IMG/VR virus record: IMGVR_UViG_3300045988_122545
Location: 1-64,000 of that record
Length of the DNA: 64,000 nt
Strand: one strand, 5' to 3'
Source: a virus
Part shown: positions 48,891 through 57,668 of the stretch, piece by piece
Layout of the letters: each line of letters starts with the position of its first letter
Numbering within the stretch: position 1 is the stretch's first letter
The notes under the pieces: generated by a model
Seen by the model: only the letters and a program-made list of their open reading frames with translations
Told to the model about the DNA's origin: nothing
The model's database searches: none
Translations under genes and position numbers: made by a program

Positions 48891-51347
48891 TTACTTCTCA
48901 CCTGCGACCTTATTCTTGATTGCGGTACGAGCTTTTAATTTTTCACGTTCCATTGCAGCATCATTATTCATCTTTTGAAGTTGAGTTTCATGCTTCATAC
49001 GGTCACGTTCCAACTACATCTTTTTATTTTCAATTTGTTTCTTATTCTCTGAATCTCTTAATTTAGCATTAAGCTCCATTTGTTTTGCAGATTCGTCTGC
49101 AATTTGTTTTCTTTCAGCCAATGCTTGTTGTGCAATTTCCATTACATCAGGAATACCATTATCATTCTGATCTAAGTCTTGTAAACCTTTATATGCATTT
49201 AATTGTGCAACAGTAATCTTAGTTTGAGAATCTGTATCAATCTTATACTTTTCTAATTCGAGTTCTGCTTCTTTAAGCATAAGTTCTTCTTCTTTAACTC
49301 TATTCTGTTCAGCAATCAATTGTTGTTGAGCTTCCTGCTCAGCTTGTTGTTGCTGTTGCATTTGTTCCATACGTTTCTGTTCAATATCTTCAAGTCTATC
49401 TTTAATCATATTAATGTTATCCATTGTAATAATTTCTGCGATATCTAACAGGCTTGCTCCATTTTGCATAGCAGGTTGTAACAACTGTTTTAACTGATCT
49501 AAGTCTTGTCTATTCTTTGTACTATCTTCTACAAACACATCCATATCTGAATAGAAGAAATCATCTGATAAAGTAATGAAAGCTCTAGTAGCATCATCTA
49601 AGATATAGTTAAGACATGTTTTATTATCTTTCCATGCTACCTTAGCGGTATCCAATAACATTGTTAAAACTTCTTTTTTGACCTGATTGTGTGTCCAAAA
49701 CCACGGTTCGGTAATATGATACGACTGAGTAATAGCTTGTGTGGTATTACCTACCAATTCGCTTGCCGCAATGGATCCTTGTCTCTGTGGAGTAATACCA
49801 GTCAATTTGGCTACCATATCTTCAATCTTAGCCATAAGATTAACATACTGATCAATTATATTAGCCATACTTAAATCCCATGACTGGAACTGATTAAATG
49901 CTGCTGGTCTACCACCTTCTCTACCCGGAACATCCCATCCTTCTTCATAAGGATTGATAAATGCTACACCTAATGCTCCTAAGTAATGCATCCATTTGTT
50001 TACATCAATACCCATAGATTTCGGTATCTGAGTAACATCTACTACAGGTACTTTACCTTTATCTCTGGACATAGCCAATTCTAATCGATACCAAACTACA
50101 ATATACATATACTGTAACGGTTTCATCATACTGACCAAAGATCTAGGTTTACTATTAGTATTATTATAAAGTACACCAGTATACGGTAATTTTGATGAAT
50201 TAGGATTATCTGCAGATATGTGTTGATATTCCAAAGGTTGAATTCCGATATATAAATCATCACCAATTCTATAACCTTCCCATACTTCTATAATCCATTT
50301 CCAATCAACAGATTCTTCTTCACCAGTTACTTTGTAATCTTCATCTACTTGATATTCTTCTACTTCTCCAGTTTCTTCATTTATCAAAGTAACAAATCCA
50401 ATCTTCTTAAAAGATTTCCAACAACAATGATAAACTGTAATTTGATCGGTATCAAATGGATTATCAGTAAAACTATTCAATTTATGAAGTTTTACGTGAT
50501 TATAATCCAATTCGGATTTACCTACTTGAGGAGTCATACCTGAACCTGGTTTTTCATCGATTAATTCAAGTAACTCGTTTAATTGTTTTTCTGACATCTT
50601 ATCATAGAAGCGATCATATATTTCTGTTGCAGACATAATCATCTTTCTACAACACCATGCTGCATCGTGAATATATTCCAAATCTACAGATTTTTCATAG
50701 TCGAAATACATCGGATTAACTCTTTCTACATAAGGTTGTCCGTTACGAATACCAACATAATATATTTCCTCGCCACCGATTAAAGCATCTTTCCATCCTT
50801 TATAAAATTCGTGAGGAAGATTCAATTTACGTTTCAAATACTATAATGTATGATAAGCTGTTCGTTCTGCGATATCTTTGTAATCTTTAGTTAAATACTT
50901 CTGTATTGCTTCTGGTTGCATTACTTCACCAGTTTGTAAAGCGTCTTGATATCTTTGAGCATTCTCTGGACTCAATTTAGCCATTATACTAGACTGTATA
51001 TAGTCCATTAACATTTGTTTAGCTTTCTCTTGCAATTCACTAGTAGCTTCATCACTAGTTCTACATACTTGAAAATTAAATGAACGTTTTGTTTCTTCAC
51101 CTAATAATTGGTCGATATAAGGTTTAATTATATTATAATCTTGAGCTGTTGCTGGAAATCCATCTTGTTGTTTAAACGGATTAGTAACATATTTCAAATC
51201 TCTTTCATCATATATACTATTATAAAGATCATAATATGTTTGCATTTCCGAAGCTCTCTCGCTATTAAAACCACTATGACCAGTATTACCAGATCCTGCT
51301 ATATAATCAACACAAGCTTCTTTCCAATCCTAATTCTTCTTAGACAT
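48891..51347 (-). CDS. Portal protein (about 818 aa), 3 in-frame TAG
   Basis: Pieces 50841..51245 and 49014..50837 are in one frame joined by TAG 50838. The N-terminus extends through one TAG to ATG 51345-51347. The C-terminus extends through TAG 49014 to TAA 48891 (all phase-checked). It is immediately downstream of TerL and has a long Q/E-rich C-terminal coiled coil. Confidence 0.7.
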
Positions 51348-51412
51348 TGGTAATTTTTGTGGTGGAAATGATTTTAAATCTTTCATAATTAATTAGTAAA
51401 TGTATATACATT

Positions 51413-54400
51413 ATCATCGTCAAACTTTACTGGACTTTCGTCATCAAACCAATTTTGCGCAAATATTGGTCCATCAAAAAGTAAACGACTCTTATTTTCT
51501 TTTTCTTTTTCTTTTACTACTACATTAAATAATTGTTCACGATAAATCATTACCTACATCAGAGCCATGACTCTATCGGTATTTATTATATCGTTGTATG
51601 CAATTAATTCCTCTAGTAATGGTTCAGATAATATGTTGTATAAGTTCTTTTTGCCATCAGCATTTATATCATTCAACCAGTCTTTTATTAATCCTTCACC
51701 CCAAGCTTTAATTGATTTATTCATATGGCAACCTTTCTTTCTCTGTACTTTAGAATTACCAACAATATCATTGATTATATCTGGTTGATCTGCTAGTAAA
51801 TAATCACAATGTTTGTTAGCAAAGTAAACGAATAAGCCTTTATTCTGATTTTCATACATTGCTCTGGCATTATAGTATATCAACAACTTACGAACATTTT
51901 CGTAGAAATCATCTGCTGCTTGAGGTCTACCAGTATATTCTGCAACAATTATATCTGAATAAGATTCTATATTCTATATTCTTTTATATATGATACACGA
52001 ACCTAATGAATTTGTTCCTGACTAATCATGGTCATATGGGTCAATTCCTGCAATATATAAACCAAATGGTGCATCTTTCATAGGATGTTCCCATATAACT
52101 ATAGAACCAGTAGGATCATCATCTTTATTTAGAGGATAATGTGTAATATCTCCTGTCTTTTTAATTACCCAACTAATATTTCCATCAGGTGTTTGTACTA
52201 AATCACCTATTTGTTTATGATTCTATAGCTGTTTATTTGTACGTATTCTAGCCAACTATTCCTATAGCTCTTTCTTAGGAAATATGTTTCCTCCAAATTC
52301 CAAACAAGCTTCTGCTGGAGTAATACATCTTTCACAAACATACCTATCTACTGCTACTGAATTAGTAGCATTTTGTATCATTTCTTTACGTTGCTCCAAT
52401 ATAAAATCTAGAGAAGGTTTACGTAATGTATTACCATCATTATCCATATAAATACGATTACATTTATCATCTCTAATATCCATATTAGCGTACTATGGTA
52501 TAAAGAATCCACACGTACTAGTTACTGCATTTTCATCCCATATATTCTATAATTCTACACAGTTATATCCTTTTGGTTTATAGAACATATCTTTCAATGT
52601 AGCAAAGTTTGATTCTTCATCTCCACCAGTATTATGTGTTACAATACCATTTACAATATAATTATGCTGTTCTTTAGCAGTAATGTTATATATATCTTGT
52701 ATACCGATATCTGTTATATTTGTGATTTTATCTGCAACTATTCCACAAAGATATTTATTATATTTTGGTAACTCGGACTGAATAAATAAATAAATTAAAT
52801 CCAGTGCTGCTGATTTTCTAGAAACTGTTAATTTTATATGTTGAGAAAATCTACCTAGACTTACCACATCAGCAATTTCTAATCGATATTCGCCGTTTTT
52901 ATCAGAAATAAAATGATCCTTGTATTTCCTAATTCTATTAGTAGGTTTAATATAACGAATAATCCCATGTATACCAAAATGCAACAACGCTTCTTGTACC
53001 TAAAGTAATATGTCTTTCTAACACTACGTTAATACTATTCTGGCTCGTTTTTTACTAAAGTGTATGTACCCATCAGTATCGTATAATCCGCCAATTAATT
53101 CACTTATTGTATATTCATCATAACTATTGAAATCTATAGGCAGACGTTTATTACCTTTAGTTTGTCCATATATACCTAATTTTCTTAGCTATTTGCATAT
53201 TCCTTTTATACGGATTTCTTGATAATTCTTATTATCTTTAGTAGTATATTGTTTTTCAATAACTGTATCGAAATGAGAATGAACATAATCTAATATTTCC
53301 TATTCGCAATTACTTAGTATGGGCGTTTTATTATTTCCATAGCTTCCGTCGCCTATTAACCATCCTATAAATCTAGGTTCCCACATTACGTTTTTGCCAA
53401 ATATAGGGATCTAATCTATCAAACCTACTTGGTCTCCTATTTTACATTTTTGTGCTTCGTGCCATAACCAAGACTTCATACGTTCGTTTTCAAATCTTTT
53501 TCCAGAAACACGTTTTGTCCTACCAGGAGTAGACCATAATAAAGGATGGTCTTTACTACATCTTATTGTTCTACCCGATTGTAATTCTATTTGAACACAT
53601 TCTTTCTATGATATCGGATTAATGTTTTCTATGTTTTGTATAGACGCCTGATAGGTATCCCATCCAATTATACCATCTTCTTGTTTTAAATTCTCTATAT
53701 TAATACAATTACCGTCTGATGTCCATACTCTAGATCCTTTGCACACACATCCAAATGCTATCATGGTACCAAATGCTACACCATCAACTTCAACAGACGG
53801 TCTAGCAATTTGCCATGCTGCACCTAATTCTTTAAATGAACCAGCTTCTTCGAATAAGATTAGTTTTGCTTTCTTACCACGGACTATATCAGGATTATCC
53901 TTAAGAGTAACACCAATTATTTCTGATTTATAACCTAATTCTACTTCATTACCAAATTCATCTTTAGTAAAGAATCCAGCTCTTTTACGCATTGCTGTAT
54001 TAACAGATCTTTTCTTACCCCATGCAGTATTCTTATCGATAAAGTCCATGTAATCCCACGCTTTAGTAAGAATACCATCATCTGTTAAGTATTGTTTATT
54101 TGAAGCATATACATAGGATTTAGAATTAGGAATAAGGTAGTAATTACGACATAACATAGAACCACCTTTATAACTATTATGAGTGGGTATAAAATCTTTT
54201 GTTATATATAAATGATTTTCGTTATCGATGCATAAGCATCGTTGTTTTTCAAATTTGCCAGTTCTACGAATTGCTTTTATTCCGATACCATTATAATTAT
54301 ACTTTCTATCTTTACGAATTTTCTCCAATTTTCTAGGAAGTTTAAAGATATCTTCTTGTGTAGTAATACACAATTCCCAATGAGGTAAAGTATTAGATTT

Positions 54401-55609
54401 GCAACCGTTATTAAATTCTACTCCAAATCTACCTTCTATTTCTTTAGATTTGTGACATCTTATACCGAGACTTCTTAATACAAATTGTAAATCATCAATT
54501 AATTGTTCTGAAGTTGATACGAACGTAGAAGCGCCATTTGTAATGCTACCGTCAGTATCCATTAAACCTCGTACCAATTCAAATCGATTTTCAACAGAAG
54601 TGTATTTGTAATTTTCAGGAATAAATTTTTTATTTGCTTTTACTTTTATTCCTAATTTTTTTAATTCTCTATTTAAATTATTATGTTTTTTATCTTTTGA
54701 TATTATTACGTAAGCATATTTATCGGATTCTATTTTTTTAATAATATAATCTGGTAATCTACGTGATAACTCTTCTACGATAAATTGATCGGCTGTAGAA
54801 AATCTAACTTGTGATCCACATATGTATCCATCTCCTAGTAATACACCTAATACATAAGGATCAATGTGTATTGGTTTTTCATCAAATCGTAAAGGATTTA
54901 TAGCAGGTACTTTATAAGGATAATGCTCTTTTCCTTTTGAACCTTGTGTTAATTTGCGTTTAGCATATTCTTTAGTAGGCATTATATAAAATTTCTTACC
55001 GTTTCTGCACGTAGCCCATAAATGATTAGCTCCGCATCTAACAACACGACCATCTTGAAATTCAACTTCGTATACTTCTTGAATACCTTGTTCTACAATA
55101 TCTCCAATTTTAACAGGACTACCGTTAGGATTCATTACCATATCACCAACTTTTAAAGATCCCATTTGAACAAAACCGTTCGGCGTTAATACTTCTTCAG
55201 AATAAGGTTGTTCATATCCTTTACGTCTACTTTTAAGTACGCATAAATGCTTACCTGATTCCTCAGCATCCTAGATGGTTTGAAAATAAAAATAGTCGTA
55301 ATCCCAGAAATCAGGGAATGCGACTTCCTAGACAGTCACGATTTTATCTTTACCATGTCTGTCTTTTATCTTCTTATTTACAGATCTATTAATAGGACAA
55401 AAGTTTAAATAGAAATAATTATAACCACTAATCCAATCTCCATCTTCTGCTGTATATCCTTCCAAACATCTACGTTTCTATTCATCCCAGTAAGAGAAAT
55501 ATTCTGAAGTATTAGATGCATAATTACAGTATTTACCTGTCTATTCAAACGTAATAGCTGGTTCTCTGAATTTATTACTATTTGCTATTTTTTTATTAAA
55601 GTCTACCAT
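51413..55609 (-). CDS. terL: Terminase large subunit interrupted by two inteins, about 17 in-frame TAG
   Basis: Pieces 53606..55165, 52547..52987, 52262..52483 and 51554..51886 are all in one frame. ATG 55607-55609 and TGA 51413-51415 were phase-checked. The exteins carry CVLKSRRKG (P-loop-like), KLILFEEAGSF (Walker-B-like), IAFG|TGGDEES across intein 2, and AGIDPYDHD (nuclease-like). Confidence 0.8.
52631..53749 (-). mobile_element. TerL intein 2 (canonical class 1) with a LAGLIDADG homing endonuclease, containing in-frame TAG codons
   Basis: It starts FG|CVCKGSRVWTSDG (Cys at 53747-53749). Block B is GRTIRCSKDHPLL. LAGLIDADG motifs are IGWLIGDGSYG and LIGGLYDTDGY. It ends NGIVTHN|TGG (52631). 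The length is 1119 nt, in phase. Confidence 0.75.
54176..55213 (-). mobile_element. TerL intein 1 with a LAGLIDADG homing endonuclease. Candidate class 3 intein (no Cys/Ser at position 1).
   Basis: Hint block A-like EQPYSEEVLTPNGF. Block B GRVVRCGANHLW has Trp two residues after His. LAGLIDADG motifs LGVLLGDGY and LVRGLMDTDGS. Block F QRCLCIDNENHLYI. The C-terminus is IPTHN|S (54176). The N-terminal boundary is approximate. Confidence 0.65.
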
Positions 55610-55624
55610 TACTGCGCGCTTATT

Positions 55625-55660
55625 AAAAAACTCCCTACCGATAAAGGAAGGGAGTTTTTG
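55625..55660 (-). terminator. Intrinsic terminator-like hairpin (A-run / stem / T-run, bidirectional) ending about 15 nt upstream of the TerL ATG
   Basis: Minus strand reads CACAAAAACTCCCTTCCTTTATCGGTAGGGAGTTTTTTAATAAGCGCGCAGTAATG. Confidence 0.65.
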
Positions 55661-55738
55661 TGAGTATTTATTTTCTTATCTAAAAATTTACACTATGAAA
55701 GTTTTGATAACTTTTTAAATTTTTCATTTAACTTGTAG

Positions 55739-55806
55739 TTCCACAGGTTGGGCTTGAACCAACATCACCGTTCCCTATGGACGTGACTTACTTAGTCGAC
55801 TGTGGA
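55739..55806 (-). ncRNA. tRNA-like element (68 nt) with normal acceptor, D and T arms but an aberrant anticodon arm
   Basis: Acceptor TCCACAG/CTGTGGA is perfect. D arm is GACT-AAGTA-AGTC. T arm is GTTGG-TTCAAGC-CCAAC, followed by discriminator A. The anticodon arm CGTCC-AUAGG-GAACG has a C.A mismatch and only a 5-nt loop (or a 3-bp stem with the 9-nt loop CCAUAGGGA). No canonical U33/anticodon register exists. Confidence 0.5.
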
Positions 55807-55876
55807 TAATAGAATATGTTGATTAATTTTTATTTTTTATGACAAAAACTTTTTTCAAAAAATTTTATATTTTTTG

Positions 55877-55964
55877 TCGCGGTGGTAGGAGTCAAACCCA
55901 CCCGGTCGGCTTCAGAAGCCACACTGTTTTAGAGACAGTCCATGCAATCGTACATCACACCGCG
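55877..55964 (-). tRNA. Amber-suppressor tRNA (anticodon CUA) with class II architecture (21-nt variable region)
   Basis: Acceptor CGCGGTG/CACCGCG. D arm ATGT-ACGATT-GCAT. Anticodon stem ACTGT/ACAGT with loop C-U-C-U-A-A-A (U33, CUA, A37). Variable arm GGCTT-CTG-AAGCC. T arm GTGGG-TTTGACT-CCTAC. Discriminator A. No encoded CCA. Confidence 0.85.
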
Positions 55965-56090
55965 TAACCGGAGTTCTTTAAAGTCTACTCCGAAAAGACT
56001 ATTTTAACCCATAACCAAAAAATACCTAGTTTATGAAAACTATTTCATTTATAACGTTAAAAAAGTGTATCGACAATCGTCGAAAATTAA

Positions 56091-56237
56091 TTAAAGACCT
56101 AACATGCGTTTAAACCAGTTCTTCTTAGGTAAACCAAGTTGTTTACGCGCATTCAAATCTGCTTCAATAGCAGCATTAATTTCCCAAACTGTAACGCAAT
56201 TTGTCAAATCCAAAATATAAGTATCATTCTTTTTCAT
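56091..56237 (-). CDS. Hypothetical small protein (48 aa)
   Basis: Read base by base from ATG 56235-56237 to TAA 56091-56093: MKKNDTYILDLTNCVTVWEINAAIEADLNARKQLGLPKKNWFKRMLGL. It is the last standard-code gene before the tRNA junction. Confidence 0.55.
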   Translation of the reverse strand: MKKNDTYILDLTNCVTVWEINAAIEADLNARKQLGLPKKNWFKRMLGL

Positions 56238-56299
56238 AGTTTCTTTATTATTTTTTATTTTAAAAACGTTTTGTTAAAAGTATGTTTCAGTATGTTGTA

Positions 56300-56827
56300 T
56301 TATCTATCCAACTCGTATGCATTTATCTGAGCATTACCTCTAACTTTAGTATTCTCTAACTCTTCAGCTTTAACAGCTTTCTCAAGAAAATCTACTGTTT
56401 GAAATACAGCTTTAACCTTTTCCATACCAGCTAGCAATACTTGAATCTTCTTTTCATCCAACTCTTCACTAAGAGATTCTTCATAATATGTACTGATTGT
56501 ATCAATCTTATTACGCATTGCTTCCAGCATCTTCAAATTACGAGTATTAGATAATTCTTTATATTCGTCTCTACAAGCTTGTTCTTCTGGAGTAAGAGTA
56601 TAATTAGAATCACCAAATATCTTAATCTTTAAAGTGTTCTCTCTTATTTCTTTAACCATACTTTTAACATATGGACTATTCCAGTAATCACAAAGTATAA
56701 TAAAAGAAAGTACGTTATTCGCATGATTTTTATCTTTAGTAGATTCCCAATATTTTTTAAAAGGAGGTAAAGCAAGCATATCTGCATGTATAGTTACTTT
56801 ACCACCAAGTATATCAAACAGCTTCAT
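56300..56827 (-). CDS. Hypothetical protein (175 aa)
   Basis: Intact ORF with a TAA stop and no TAG. Its start overlaps the upstream stop. Confidence 0.8.
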   Translation of the reverse strand: MKLFDILGGKVTIHADMLALPPFKKYWESTKDKNHANNVLSFIILCDYWNSPYVKSMVKEIRENTLKIKIFGDSNYTLTPEEQACRDEYKELSNTRNLKMLEAMRNKIDTISTYYEESLSEELDEKKIQVLLAGMEKVKAVFQTVDFLEKAVKAEELENTKVRGNAQINAYELDR

Positions 56828-57174
56828 TATTTACAAGCTTTTATACATGAATCTGAACAGCAGTTACAATCACAACATTTTTCATGCTTTTCTTTTTCCT
56901 TATCAATGTTTTCTTTTAGAGCTTTATAGTAATTCTTCAATTGTTCATCTTTAATTACCAGTATTTCTCTATTGCTAATATCACCATTATTACCATACAT
57001 TCTGATGATGATATCTCCAGCATTAACATGAATGTCATTCAACGTACCTTCTTCATCAGCTATCCACATATAGTCAATGTTAGTACCAAAGTTATCTAAC
57101 ATTTTAATTTCATCATTTTCTTTATCAAACTTAATAAGATTGTATCCAGTTTTTGCATCAATATATGTTATCAT
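56827..57174 (-). CDS. Hypothetical protein with a Cys-cluster C-terminus (HEKCCDCNCCSDSCIKACK)
   Basis: Intact ORF of 115 aa. Confidence 0.8.
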   Translation of the reverse strand: MITYIDAKTGYNLIKFDKENDEIKMLDNFGTNIDYMWIADEEGTLNDIHVNAGDIIIRMYGNNGDISNREILVIKDEQLKNYYKALKENIDKEKEKHEKCCDCNCCSDSCIKACK

Positions 57175-57341
57175 AGTTTCTTTATTTTAATGTTTCACAA
57201 TACTTTTCATTATAATATTTCAATCTTTCTTCAGCTTCTTCCCAACTAACTTCTTGATCTCTGTAATTAGGATACTGTCTATAATTGTATAAAATCCCTT
57301 GATAATATTTTATCAATTCGATTAGTTCTTGCTTATAATCT

Positions 57342-57668
57342 TCATTTGTCATTGTCTATATCTTTTTCTTCTATAGTAACACCTTTACCGTTATGGTAAC
57401 CCCAACTTAAAAACATCGCATTACACAATACGTGATCGATATGTGGAAGACCAGATTCTGGATCATTCATTTCACCTTTACTTATTGCTGTTAAATGTCT
57501 CAATAATGCCCCTTTATAACGATTCCAGAAATTAGGTAACTCTTGCCAACTGTTATCAGAATATTTTTTTGCTCCAAAAGTAAGAATTTTAGCAACTGAT
57601 TCAATGGTTGACATCGGTACCAATTCCATTCTAACTTTATCATTATCGTATTTCTTTGCTTCGTTCAT
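57342..57668 (-). CDS. DUF5664-like dATP/dGTP pyrophosphohydrolase-domain protein
   Basis: Pattern YDNDKVRMELVP...FGAKKY...W....RYKGALLRHL...GE.NDPESGLPHIDHVLCNAMFL, matched to that family from memory. Confidence 0.55.
   Translation of the reverse strand: MNEAKKYDNDKVRMELVPMSTIESVAKILTFGAKKYSDNSWQELPNFWNRYKGALLRHLTAISKGEMNDPESGLPHIDHVLCNAMFLSWGYHNGKGVTIEEKDIDNDK

Noticed and set aside
51383-51385. ATG at 51383-51385 as the portal start (giving MKDLKSF...)
   Set aside because: On careful re-reading it is out of frame with the portal pieces. The in-frame start is ATG 51345-51347 (MSKKN(TAG)DWKEAC...).
1-55609. Interpretation of the fragmented late region as a decayed prophage or pseudogene field
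   Set aside because: The interruptions are exclusively TAG, and frame is preserved over more than 13 kb. TAA and TGA appear only at positions followed by a new start codon. A cognate CUA tRNA is encoded next door. Random decay would give all three stops and frameshifts.
56300-56827. Calling the 175-aa protein upstream of the tRNAs and TerL a small terminase subunit
   Set aside because: Only positional logic supports it. I see no DNA-binding or oligomerisation motif I can name, so it stays hypothetical.
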